Below are positions 51,295-64,000 of a stretch of DNA of 64,000 bases, in pieces. The position numbers were made by a program, and so were the translations under genes. This DNA is from Camelus dromedarius (lineage: Eukaryota), in the NCBI RefSeq assembly GCF_036321535.1, contig NC_087436.1, positions 57,538,001-57,602,000 of the forward strand. The letters run 5' to 3'. The notes under the pieces are model-generated. The model worked only from the letters and a program-made list of their open reading frames with translations. It made no database searches and was not told the DNA's origin. Numbering within the stretch: position 1 is the stretch's first letter; each line of letters starts with the position of its first letter.

Positions 51295-51993
51295 CTGAAG
51301 CTCAGGGGATTAAAATATATGTATTCACTGAATTAACCCAAGTATACTGATTCTGAGTTCTTTCTATTTTTTCCTTATTTTAGCTAATATTTTTCCCCCA
51401 TTAGGGTGAGTTACAAATTATATGCCACGTTTAGAGAAATTTAACTGGTAATTTTGTAGGCTCATGACTAGGCCTCATGACTAGTTACTGGGGAATTTCA
51501 GACTCAAACTCCTTTATCTTCCTCCAAGTCCCAAACAACATAAGTCTAATGTGTTATCTTAGATTCTTAAAGAAATATTTAATAAAGCATGGTTTGGAAA
51601 TTGTCAGAGACTTACAGGTAAATTCTCCTAAAGTGCACAAAATAATTTTAACAAGGAAAAAACAAGGCATAAATATGGACAAAGTAAAAAGAATTCAGAA
51701 TCAACCTTCCTGAGCTAATCCAGTGACCACATTATATTGTCATATTCAGGTAGAAACTATGCAATCTGGTTATAGTTACCTCTGTATATAGTATATACAT
51801 GCTGTACACAATCACACATCAGTGATTTACGTCAATGTTGGCAGAATCATTCATCATGCTTGTTTTGGTACATCTGTTATTGATCTAGTATCATATTTTA
51901 AACTTAAAGATTTTAAACTTACAGAGTATTCAATAAAGGCTGTCTGTCTGCCTTCCTGCCTTTCTTTCCTATCTTGTTTACTGTTTCCTTCTC

Positions 51994-52267
51994 TGGGCCT
52001 CGATTAGGTTGAGATGAGTAAAACTTTTTGCTTGGGCACAAAATTTAAGGGAGCACCAAACTCAGTGGTCAAAATAAATAATATTTTAATGCAATACTTT
52101 AAAAAAATCAAAATTAATTTTAAAATCCATACTGAACAAAATATCAAAATGTCAAATAAAGACTGGCTCTGCCAGGGTCACATGAAGCCTTCTCTATAAA
52201 TTGTGATTATTGAGGGTTTTTGCACCAGAGGTGAGTGCCAAACCTGCCTGATCCTAGCCTGGCACTG
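51994..52267 (+). mobile_element. MER96B-like hAT MITE
   Basis: 'gggcacaaaatttaagggagcaccaaactcagt...aataaataatattttaatgcaata' and end 'cctagcctggcactg'. Confidence 0.7.
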
Positions 52268-52699
52268 TGCTGTCCTTCCTGCTTGCTTCCCAGCCTTCTA
52301 GACAAAAGTATAAATAAAATACATACAATTGATCATTTTACCATCCCAAATACACAAAATTCCATATGTTAACCTTCTCTGATCAAAGTAACAGACTCAG
52401 TTAAACACACACTAGACAGATAATTTAAATGAGGTTGAGAAGTGTTGAGATCTATTATTCTATTTATAAGACAAATTATTTTACTGAGAGTTTGTAAAGA
52501 TAATGAAGAAGTTGTACCATCCAGGACATAATAAAAATACAAAAATATCTAGTCCCTTTAGGAACTCTGTATGAGGACCCAGGGTTAGAAATTTGGGGGT
52601 CTGAGCTCATGAGTAACTTGAGATTGATTACTATCAAAGAAGGTTTCAGTCATTTATGTCAGGGAAAAAAAGACTAAGAATCAAGCTTAAAACTGTGCT

Positions 52700-53680
52700 A
52701 TTTAATTTAATTCATTAAAGATTTACAGAACATTTATATGAGTTATCCCTATGAGACATAGAGGTAAACAGATGAATCAAGTACGAATCCTAAGCCAAAG
52801 CAGAAAAGAACCTAGGACAGACACAGACTATTATGATATCCAGAAGAAGTCACATGTGGGGAGAGAAAAGTTACTGAGAGGATAATGGAGAAAGGAAGTA
52901 TTTTAAGCAAAAGAATCAGGAAAGACTTCTTAGTAACAGCTGAGACAGACCTTGAGGATGAATAGCCAAAGGACAGAAGAAGGCAGTGAGAGGAACGGAT
53001 TCCTGATGAGAGGAACGAAACGAGCAACACTTGGTGTATAAGAATATTGAGGCACATAGAAGAAAGCCAGTAACTTAGTCTGATAGGGATATAAGGCACA
53101 CGAAAAGGAAAACACAATGCCTAGATAAATGTTTAGCACAGGACAGGTATTCAATGAATATTTCTGAATGAAAATAATGAATATATGAAGACTGAAAGGA
53201 AGGATAATGCCAACTTGTAGAGACCTTTGAATGCCAGGATAAACAAACTACACTTGAGAGAAAGTGGAACACTTACAGGCTTTTGAGCAAACACGGATCG
53301 CTATCAGAACAATGCTAAGGGAAGATCAATTGGCGGAAGGGGGCCAATCAGTTAGTTATTTCTATAGTCCAGGAGGGTAGCAATAATAACATGAGTTACT
53401 AAATTGAAAGGAGGAAGGAAAAGGAGGCACAAATGGGAGAGATGCTGCAGAGGCAGAACTGATATCTAAATCAATTAATTTGGCTCTGGTAAGAAAGATG
53501 AAAGTAATGAAAATGACTCTTTGTTTCCAGGCTGGATGGCAAGGATGTTACTGGCGCTTTAAACAGAAATATAGAATGCAGAAAGATAAGCATCAACTTG
53601 CAAAGAAAGATAATTCGTTCAGTGTTAGATATGTGGCTGGCAGGGGCACTGGCAGGGCATCCAGGTAGAGATGTGCAGCA
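52700..53680 (-). mobile_element. Old L2 fragments
   Basis: Reverse L2 motifs 'gtagagacctttgaatgccaggataa', 'ggctttttgagca', 'gttcagtgttagatatgtg'. Confidence 0.65.
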
Positions 53681-54014
53681 AAGCAGGTAAGTGTTGTCTT
53701 GTTCCTAAAAAATAAACGCTGTCACAAGGGGAGAAGCAACACTTGCCACTTGACGTGCCCCTCACTTAACCTCTACTTTCTGATTAACTGCATGTGAGCA
53801 GCAAAGATAACAAAGGTTTTGTTCCTTGGTGTCGAAACAGTTACGAAAATCATGTACACATTTCAAAAAGCCAAGTAGTATCAATTAAGGTGATAAAAGA
53901 TTTTAGATTACCTAGATGCACCTGGAGCTCTGGTACCTAAATCCTCTGGCTGGAATGCAATAAACACAGTGAGAACAGAGTGAGTGGCTTGCTTGGGCTA
54001 AACTATGGCCTAGG

Positions 54015-54410
54015 CTGGGGCTCTTCAACCCGAGTTGCGTCAGAGTCACGTGAGGAGCCTGTTGGTATACAGTTTTCCAGTCTCACCCCTAGAACCTCTG
54101 ACGAGGTCACTCTGGTGGGCTAAGAGTCTACAGTTCTCACAGGTGCCCAGGCGGTGTGATGCTGCTGGTTCAGGTCCACACTTGGAGGATCAGTGGTCTC
54201 GGGACGAGGGCTTTGAAATAATGCCCAAAAAGTGATTCACAGAAGATAACCTGTGAACAGTCAAACACCTGGACTGCTTGTTAAACATGTAATTCTTCTG
54301 GTCTCACCCCAGACCCAGTTCATCTTAATATCTGAGCTTAGAGCATAAGCCTTTTGTGCAACCTCCCTAGGTGATTCTTAGTACTCTCTAAACTTTGAGA
54401 ATCACTCAGA
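54015..54410. mobile_element. Two MER5-like MITEs
   Basis: 'cagagtcacgtgagg...ggtgtgatgctgctggttcaggtccacacttggag' and 'ctccctaggtgattcttag...aactttgagaatcact'. Confidence 0.7.
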
Positions 54411-54974
54411 TTGTGATGTGAATTTTAATTAGCTTTGGGAGGACATTAGAGACTAAAATTCTTAAACTGTGGTAGAAAAGACAAATGACCAGGAATTAAG
54501 AGATGTGGGCATAGTCATAAATCTTGACACCAATTAGCTATGTGGCCTTCGGTAAATCATTTTAGCTTTTTAGGTATAATTTTCTCATCTATAAAATAAA
54601 ATGATTAAACTGAAGGATCTGTGATGAATTCTGGGGATAACAACAGGTAAGGGCTAATTCCCAGAGAGTTTAGGAAAAGCAACACTTCTCAGTTGGGTGT
54701 GTCAGAATAGGACGGTTTTGTTTTCATTTTGTTCTGTCGAACTATACATGCCTCAGATTTGCCTCACTTGCTGGAGGTAGGTTTTTAGGTTATTGGTCTC
54801 TTCTGTCTTGGAGAATCAACTACTGGGTGAGCCTTTTCTGTGAGCTGGATGGAGTTCTACCTCTCAGCTAGAATCTAGTATCTATTGGAGTAAATGATGG
54901 AGATTATAGTTATTCAAGTTTGTTAGCCAAAACAGTACCTTTTAAAAATGAATATTAAAATAGAATTTAAATTT

Positions 54975-55697
54975 ATATGTTGCCTCTCATATCCATTAGG
55001 ATGATGACTTTCAAAAAAATCAGACGGTGAGGATGTGGAGAAATTGGAAACTTAGTACACAATTGGTGGGGATGTACAATGGTGCAGCCACCATGGAAAA
55101 CAGGATGTGATTCCTCCAAATATTAAAAACTGAATTACCATATGATCCAGCAATTCCACTTCTGGGCATATACTTAAAAGAACTGAAAGAAAGGACTCAA
55201 ATATATTTGTACCATCATGTTCATAGCAGCCTGATTCACAACAGCCAAAGGGTGGAAGAAACTCAAGTGCCTTTAAGTGAGTGGACAGATGAACAAAATG
55301 TGGTAACATACAAGAAAATATTACTCAGACTTAAAAAGGAAAAACATTCTGACACATGCTTCAGCGTGAATGAACCTTGAGGACATGATGCTAAGGGAAA
55401 TAAGCCAGTCACAAAAGGGCAAATTCTGTATGATTCTACTTATATGAAGTTCCTAAGATAGTCAGATTCATAAAAGCAGACAGCAGAGCGCTTCCTGGGG
55501 GCCCGGGGACAGAGAGGGACAAGGAGTTGCTGTTGAATAGTCACTGAGCTCCACTTTTGCAAGATGAGAGGAATTCTGGAGACGGAGGATAGCGATGGTG
55601 TATAACCATGCAAATGTATTTAATGCTACTAAATTATACACTTAAGATGATTAAGACAGCGAATTTTATCTTACCACAATTTAAAATTAATAAATAA
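54975..55697 (+). mobile_element. L1MB-like 3' end
   Basis: 'gaattaccatatgatccagcaattccacttctggg', 'ttttgcaagatgagaggaattctggagacgga', A-rich end. Confidence 0.88.
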
Positions 55698-57434
55698 AAG
55701 CTGAAATTTAGATAGAAGTGTGTATGTTGAGTGTTAAATATGGAAACTATTAATGTGATTTGTTCAGATTACATCACAAATCAGTTCCTCATGACATAAA
55801 ATGAGGAACTCCATCCTCAGTTATGGACTTTTTTAAAACCTGTTTTTCACCTTTGCATTCCAGTATTTCATATCATGTGTAACAGAAGAAATAAAGGGAA
55901 AACCGAAAACACAGAAATACAGGTTATTGTCTACCAAACAGAAGTATGGTTTTATATTGTAATACAGTTATTGCCCCAAAAAACTATCAAGGCATTGAAA
56001 CTTTAGTACTACTCAGGCTGAGTTGATGCCAGACAACAGAGCCCTAAAGGATTTTGCCAAACATATTGATTTAAATGTGGAAAATAATAGATCTATAGAT
56101 GTTTAATAAGAAAGGAGAAATTTGTAATCAGAAGCTGTAATACCCAAGATGACAATTATTATGAGAAATGAAAAAGCAAAAGGATATGCTACTAATCATG
56201 GCATTTATAAATTTATAAATTTAGCAGAAGAAGTGTAGGCAGCAGGTGAGAAAAAGAAAATCATAGTAGAACACAACACGTTAGTAAGAGTGAGAGGAAG
56301 GGACCCTTTGAAGATATGAAAGGACATCCAGGGTCTGGGACCCACAAGAACATAAATGAAACTTACATAGGCTCCTAATTCTCTTACTGAGGAAAGGAGG
56401 GGTTCTGAAAAAACCTTAAAAATTCAAAGTATGTGTTAAAGGTCTACAGCTTAATGTAATGGAAACAAATACACCGGCATGAAAGTCCAATGTCTTAATT
56501 AGAAATGTCCATAGAAAAACATTTCAAAAACTTTGAGTCCTTTCACCAAGGAACTAAGTTTTATAAAATTCTTATTTATGTTAACAATCTTAGGGGTAAA
56601 GAAGAAGATAGCAAACAGTGGACAGCTTAGAGGCATATTTACATAACCATTTAGCTTTTCCCATTTTTCGAAAAGTAAATGCTGCTCTTTGAAAGCACCG
56701 CCTGGCAAAAAGAAATGTTGTCTTCTGAAGTGTACACTTGGGCATGTGGATTTATATTAGGACCTGACTAAATCGTGTTTGCCTGCCAGTACATCTGCTT
56801 AACTGACAGTGTAAATGCAGATGTGAGCTTGGATTGGAATAGAAAAGCCTGAAGGGCTAAAGGTAGAGTAACAAAAGAAACAAAGTACTACCATCGATAT
56901 TTTTAAGGTGGTATAAAACTGATAATAACAATTAAGTCAATAGAAAAAGGGGAAAAAGAAATAATTTAGCAATATGTAGACGATGTAAAAGAGCTAATAT
57001 ACATTTGAAGAAGTGTTCAACTTATTAATTAGAAAAGTAAAAATAAAAATAAAATAATTTTCCATTCATCATTTTGGCAAAAATGAAAAAATAAAATACA
57101 ATTTAATTACGATAACTTCAGGGAAGAAAGTGGGAAAACATACGGTCCAAAGACTTATTGAATATTAACTCCAGAAGAAATCTCAGAATTCATCTATTCC
57201 ATTTCCACAGTTTTAAAGATAAGGAAGAAAACTGAGATCCAAAGTGGCTATATCTTCTTTCCAATCCAGAAATTCCTTTTCAAATATTTTTGGTTATTCT
57301 TTTCACACCTTTTTGCTCGTTTAGTTAAAAGAACTGACATTCAATTAGCAGGTTCAGATGATACAGGGCCCAGTAGGTGTCTCTGATCCACAGCACAGAC
57401 TACATCTCTTTTCCCCTTCACTGCACTGGAGCAC

Positions 57435-58156
57435 TGTGTTGGTTAATTTTATGCACCAACTTGACTGGGCCATGAGATGCTCAGATACCTGGTTAAACAC
57501 TATTCCTGGGTGTGTCTGTGAATGTGTTTCTGGAAGACACTGGCATTTGACTTGGTGGACTGAGCAAAGCAAACTGTTCTCCCCAACGTGGGTGAGCACT
57601 ATCTAACCTGTGGAGGGTGAGAGGAGAACAGAAAGGTAGAAATAGTATAGCAGGAACTTAGAGGAAGGCTGAATCCTCCCTCTCAGCCTGATTGCTTGAG
57701 CCAAGACATCAGCCTGCTCCTGCCCATGGACTGGGATTTATACCATCAGCACTCCTAGTTCTCAGGCCTTAGGACTCGGACTAGAATTTACATCATTGGC
57801 TTTCTGGGTCCCCAGCTCACAGACAGCAGTTTGTAGGACTTCTCAGACTCTGTAATCTTATGAGCCAATTCCTTATAATAAATGTCATTGTGTGTGTGGG
57901 TATGTGTGTTTACACATACATATGTAAACGTATATTCACACCCATATATGCACACATATATATGTGTATATACATATATGCACACATATATGTGTGTATT
58001 ATATATATGAAATTATATACATAGGTTACAAATATTTATCATTATATACATGAAACTATATATAGAATATATATGTCTGTGTCTGCATCTCTATCTGTAT
58101 CTATTATAACTATATGCACCTGTATCCTATTGATCCTATTTCTCCTGACTAAGACA
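57435..58156 (+). mobile_element. ERVL solo LTR (MLT2B-like) with internal low-complexity CA/TA tract
   Basis: TG...CA ends, perfect 5-bp TSD AGCAC (57430-57434, 58157-58161); 'ggttaattttatgcaccaacttgactgggcca'. Confidence 0.9.
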
Positions 58157-58169
58157 AGCACCTTATATC

Positions 58170-58545
58170 TAAGTTTCATTTCTTGCAGGTACTCTGCTCT
58201 GCTTGCCTCCATGCATTTGTGCAGGCTCTCTTCCCCATCCTACTTATTCCTATTTCTCTTTTACTCGATTAAGTCCCACTTACTCTAAGTTTGACATTAC
58301 TTCCTTTAGGAAGCCTTTGTGATGTGAACCAGCCTCATCCCCCAGGCTATGCTCGGTTCTCCTTCTCTGTGTCCTCATAACACTGTGGACATCTCTCTGC
58401 GGGGTAGGTGCTATTCAGCATTTTACTGCCCCAGCCTCATGAAAAGAATCCACCTCTGCATCCTCTGTGCCTAAAATACAGAGCTTCCAGTACTTAGCAG
58501 CCACTGAATAAATGTTTGTTGATTAAAGGAATGAGTGAATGACTA
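58170..58545 (+). mobile_element. L2 3' end
   Basis: 'acttcctttaggaagcctt...aataaatgtttgttgattaaaggaatgagtgaatga'. Confidence 0.75.
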
Positions 58546-59849
58546 GATAAATTGGAATGGAATGTAACTAATTAAAAGAAGAATTGGAGAAAGTCCGTCT
58601 TTCATCATGGATTAAATCACTATATAAAAAAAGCAACTTTAAAAGTACATGCTCTGATAATGGTGGGTTAGTAGTGTCATCTTTATATACACAAGACACT
58701 ACTTTATTATTTTCACTTTAATTTATAGAATCTATCTACTGATAAATATATTTCCCGGGCATCGAGGAAAAAATCTTTATTTACAGATTGCTTCCTGTGC
58801 TATAAGACCTGGCATAGTATAACTAAAGTTAACATGCATAGGACAGTCTCAGAAGTATACAGTTTCAGTTTTCTCCTTTACTCTTTGATAAAATATCTAA
58901 TCAAGACTAATTGATTTCAAACATCTATGAAGATTATTAGAAACAAAAGTAAGTTAAAAAAAATACTAAATAAACAAAACCAACACCCAATCCCAGGCAT
59001 CAGAAATGTGTTGGCAGGGCTGCTGGAAATGATCTCTGTGTGTTGTTTCATTCTTTCACTGGTTCTCTTTTTCACTGTGTGATAACTGACACAGAGCTCA
59101 AAACTCTGATTTCTGGAGAGCAGAAAATATGCCAGTGAGATCTGAGCTCCCAGCTGCAGGGTGAAGTGCTAAACTGAATCATATATTTGTTTGAATCATT
59201 TGGCAAAAGGGCAAATACAGAAAATGCATTGCTATCTCTATGCCCCGTGGAATGACAGCCCAGGACTCCTGGCATTTTCATAGACTCAAGCTGTTTAGTA
59301 TTTTGTCTTGTTTTTCCCTCAAGTTGTGTTCAGTCTGATTATTCATTTCTGTGATAAGGGCCTAACTCCAGTGCTAAGGTCATGCCCCTAGCCCGTATAT
59401 TACTGAAGCTCAAGTGAGCTCTTCCCTCTCTCTGCTGCTGGCACATAAACTGTCATCCACTTTGGCATTTTTACTCAGTGCCAAGTGATGCTATAGAGCT
59501 CTAAGGGGAAGGGGAATGGAACAACCAGGAGAGAATATGGCCATTGTGGTTCCACAATGGTTTGAGGGACATAAGACCCAAAATTACTACACATAAAACT
59601 AAATAACAGTTGAAATTTGTTTTCTATTCACAGTCTTTTTTTTCTTTCTTTTATGAACTTGGTTCCCACTTTATCCTTCAGTCTAGCGAGTCAGCTGCTA
59701 CCTTTCCCAGCATCCCTCAGCCATAGGCAGCAATGCCATCAAATCTCTCAGCTCCTGGTGAGACTGCTCTTCGTCAGGTCTCTGCCCCGCCATTGTCACC
59801 ATGCTCCTGGCAACATGCTCACACCACCTGTCACCTCACACTTACCAAC

Positions 59850-62800
59850 TGGCCAATTGGTTTAAAGCCTAGAGTCCATACTGTTTCTAGGTCTCTGAGG
59901 GCTGTCGTCATGAAAAATCCAAGCCTCCCAGGTCACTCCTCCTCTGTTAATGATTTGAATCTGTGCACCTCCTGGTTTTGATCAATTTTCCTATCCCTGT
60001 CCAACTCTCCAGACTCTTCCATTCTGCTCTACGGAATCCTATGGTCCCCATGAACCCTGTGTCTAAGACGATGATGCAGTTTATTGTTCTGATGGGAATA
60101 ATCTTGAGAGTGGGATACCTGGCAAAATCAAGGCTGTCCCAAACCAGGACACACAGTTACCCTGTCTGTACCCTCAGTCTGTTTTATGAAATCTCCTTTT
60201 ACCTTCTTCTGCTAAGTGGAACCTGCCAGAACTCTGGGGATACCACATTGCCTTTGGTCTTCTCATGTGGTGGTTATTTTTTTCTTCGATGACATTCATA
60301 CCACTGTGACTGGATCAGGGTAGGTGTCCTCCTTGCCCCTGAATTAATTCTAGACTCGTCTCTGAAGCTTTCTCGCTTCGAAACTCATGCTACCAGACTC
60401 TGCTACTTGCTGCTCATTCTTACTGCAGTCATCTGCTGACTCTGTGTCACTCCTCTAGCCCTGCTGAAAGATTTTATCACTTGCCTCCCTATCACCCTCA
60501 AATTCTAGTTCTGTGGTTATTCTTGGTGATGTGATTATTCACGTAGACATTATTTTCCAGTACTCGACTTCTCAGTCTCTTGGCTTCTCCTTCTCCAAAG
60601 AGTGTGTCTTTTCTCCCACCTCAGCCACCCACTCTCAAGTCATATCATTTCTAATGCCAGCACTCTCTTCATCATCTCAATATCAGATGTGTCATCCCAG
60701 AGCCAACTTCCTATTATTTCCAATCCTGTTCTTCTGACACTGACTGCAACAATTCTTCAGTCCTATCCAGACCCACAGTCCAGTGTTCATGCCATGCTTT
60801 TGGTATCCTCAATCTCCCTTGTGTTACCACTTTCTTCCTATACAGCTCAGATTCTGTGATTCATAATAGAGATCATTTCTTTACCTATATTCTCAACTCC
60901 CTCATTGTCGTCTACCATGCTTATCTGGCAAACACCAATTCTGGTGAAATCTATTCTCTTGACCCCACACTTATATTGAGGCAGCTGAAGATAGAGAGGA
61001 TAGAGAAAAACCCACAATCATGCTGATGGGTCCCATCTTACAATCATGACCACTGTTTCAAAGAGGTTTTTAGTCTTGTCTAGGAACTCCATTATACTTC
61101 ACCAGTCTACTGTCCCTCCCATTCTTCAGAACAGCCATTCCTAGCTTCTCTTTCTTTAAATCTCCAGGACCGTTATCTTGCTGCTTATATTTTGGTGATG
61201 CCCTTGGCTCCCGTTTCTTTGAGTAAAATAAGCAGTCAGAAATAAACATCCAAGGTCTCCCACCACCATATCTTCCAACCTATCTGAATGTATGCCGTAT
61301 GCTCTAACTTCTCTCCTCTTACTACGGATGGATTGCGTTCCTAAATCCAAACCCTCCACTTGTGCACTGAATCCCAGTAGTTCTCCTGTCTCTCTCTCCT
61401 GCATCTTGAGTTTTCCCCTCTTTACTATTTCATTCCATCAATATACAGACATAGCATATTTTCTTTCATAAAAAAAATTTCCCCCAACTTCACATCCCAC
61501 CCCAGGAACCCTTCCCACATTCAGCACTTTCTTTTAGAAAACCCCCTTTAAAAAGTGCCTATTCTCAGAATCTCCATGGTCTCGGTTCTCACTCTTTTTT
61601 TTCTCTCCAATCTAATTATAATTCCTGCTCCTTTCACTCTCCCAGATTTGCTCTTGTCAAGGTCACCAGTGACCACTGGCTACAAAATAAATCATTAATT
61701 CTTAATCCTCATCACACTTGATCCTTGAGCATCATTTGACAATTGTTCATTTGAATCTCCTTGAAACTTTTTTTTTAATTTAGCTTCTTAATAAGAACTC
61801 GTTTTTTTTTTTTTTTTCTCTTGCCTCAGTGGCTGGTCATTCCCTAACTCTTTTATACCCTTTTCATCTCTCCCTCCTCTAAATATTAAATTGTCACAGA
61901 TGCTTAGACATCTTTCTCCTCTAGGTAAACACACATCCATAGTGATATTATTGAGTCTTATGACTTTAAAATGAAAACTCTATTTCAGTCATCCCGAAGC
62001 ATTTATCTCCAGCTAAAACTTTCTTTTAAACATCCAACTCACATATGCAGCAACTTTCTTGGCGTCTTTGTCTAGATAATTAATAAGCATTTCCTATTAT
62101 CTGTCATGCCAAAGGCTGATTCTCATTTGGCTTCTTAAATCTGCTCTTCCCATAGTTTTCTCAATCTCAGTAAATAGCAAATTCATTCTTCCAATTACTG
62201 AAGCCAAAGACATTGGACTCATCTTTAACTCCTCTTTTCCATACTCCACATTCAGTCTTTTAGAAAATCTTGTCAGAGCTGCCTTCACAATATATTCAAG
62301 TTCAACCACTTCTCACCGCTTCCACCATAACCACTCTGGTCCACCCCCCATCATGTCTCACTTGGATTATTACGGTGGCTTCCTCATGGTCTCCTTGCTT
62401 CCAGCCCCCCCCCCCCTTTACACACAGCACCTAGAGTGGACCTTTAAAAATAAGTCCAATCATGTCACCCTTCTGCCCACCCTTCCTTGGTTTCCTCTCT
62501 CAGAGTGAAAGCCAAAGTCATTTAAACGGCTTCAAAATATTGTACCTGTGATTTTAATGTGAATCAGAGTCACCTGAGAGGATTTAAGACCTTCAGATGC
62601 CTCCCAGTCCCCAGTTGAGATACAATGGGTAATGGGGGTCAAAAGGCATATACTTCCAGTTATAAAATAAATAAGTAGTGGGGATGTGACGTGCAGCATG
62701 GTGACCATAGTTAATCATTCTGTATTGTGTATTTGAAAGTTGCTAAGAGAAGAGATCTCAAAAATTCTCATCACAAGAAAAATAAATTTGTATCTATGGT

Positions 62801-63450
62801 GACGAATGTTAACTAGACTTACTGTGGTGATCATTTCACACTATATACAAGTGGCAAATCAGTATGTTGTACCCTGAAAATAAGATAATATTATATGTCA
62901 ATAATATCTCAAAAAAGACACAACTGGAACTTTAGTGGGATCTAAGCATCAGTATTCTTAATGGAATCCATCCTGCCTAACTCCCATTCTGATCTTATTT
63001 CTTATCCTCTGCCCTACCATCCCCTTTGCCCCCTGCCCCCCATTGCACCTTGCTCCAGCCACATTGTTAAACTAGGTTCTGCCTCGGGAATTTTGCAATG
63101 TTCCTTCTGCCTGGAGCACTTGTTGTCCCCCTTTTCTCCCCACTATCTTCATGGCTCATAAATGGTCCTCTTTCAGGTCTCTACTCAAATGTAACTTTCT
63201 CAGAGATGCCTTCTGAGAGCACCCACTATGTGGTGGCAACATCCCCCTTTCTGCTTCTCCTTCCTTTCATTCTTACCTTCCAGTTTTTCTTTATTGTACA
63301 TATTTATGTGCTTATCTATTGTTTTCTCTCTACTACAATATAATTTCCATTTGAGTAAGGGCTTTGCTTGTTCTGTTATACCTCCCAATGCCTAGAACAG
63401 TTCCTGGTAAATAATAGGTGCTCAATGAGTATGTTCTGAATGAGTAAGTA
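59850..63450 (+). mobile_element. Long L2 (L2a-like) copy with decayed ORF2
   Basis: Endonuclease motif VILGDVIIHVD (ORF 60513), 'ttgctcttgtcaaggtcaccagtgacc', 'gcatcatttgacaattgttcat' and intact 3' end 'cctagaacagttcctgg...ctcaatgagtatgttctgaatgag'. Confidence 0.85.
62626..62915 (+). mobile_element. L1MA9-like 3' end nested in a MER5-like MITE (~62545-62960) inside L2
   Basis: 'tatttgaaagttgctaagagaagagatctcaaaaattctcatcacaag'; possible TSD AGATACAA/AGACACAA. Confidence 0.8.
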
Positions 63451-64000
63451 AAACAACAGGTTCAGTCCATCCAGATTTTCAGCCAGAGATGAATACTTTG
63501 GGTAGGCTTACTTCACCATTGCATAATGTCTGGAATTTTTTTCTGCTCCAGTCTTCCAAAATCCTTATTATTGGCCCATTTGATATGATTAGTCTTTTGT
63601 TTTGGCTTTCATTTCAATACTCCAGTTTTCCAGCTAGGATTAAGCTAGGCCCTGAAGCCCAGTGGCTTGGCTGGAGCTTTGATGCCCACCTTGGACCTTG
63701 TTGGTTCTCCTTTCCCGCATACTGCTCTGGGACATAAGCAGACAGCCTTACAAATTGATGCTATCTCTCTGACTGAATACTGCTGTTGCCAGCACCACTA
63801 CCTACTTCCTGTTGCCATAGTAACCATCAGTTTCTATCCCCTTTGAAATACATAGTCTGAAGTATTATGTAGTTACCATTGAGATCCTTTGGCTAGGATA
63901 GGAGCTCTAAACCTATTAATACCAACTTTCTTTTCCCTAGTAGTCTTTATTGCTGAGGTTTTAGAATAATTTGTTATTCACCTCCTGAGTTATAACATGT

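Noticed and set aside
56700..56765. Fourth MER34-like LTR start
   Set aside because: Only a short match ('ggcatgtggatttatattag') with no collinear continuation.
1..64000. ORF-track entries as protein-coding genes
   Set aside because: All are 150 aa or shorter, many start at GTG/TTG, are low-complexity, or fall inside TEs. None resembles a cellular protein I recognise.

Overview
AT-rich mammalian genomic DNA, almost certainly camelid (camel/alpaca/llama), because it carries three tRNA-Ala-derived Vic-1-type SINEs and I saw no ruminant, pig, carnivore or primate SINEs. The window is mostly intergenic/intronic and dominated by transposable elements: young 5'-truncated L1 3' ends with TSDs, older L1M/HAL1, L2, CR1/L3, MIR, ERV1/MaLR/ERVL solo LTRs, and hAT and Tc1/mariner-class DNA transposon fossils. 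A small CpG island at ~2250-2900 looks like the promoter and non-coding first exon of a minus-strand gene that runs off the left edge; I cannot name the gene. I found no recognisable protein-coding exon, and the ORF track is noise or LINE fragments. The most notable observations are a possible plus-strand spliced transcript whose three exon-like segments join in frame, a twin-primed inverted L1 that seeded a (TA)n microsatellite, a two-subfamily L1 tandem inside one TSD, and several nested insertions. The sequence does not support a novel biological system. Repeat family names come from recalled consensus motifs, not from a database search, and boundaries without TSDs are approximate.
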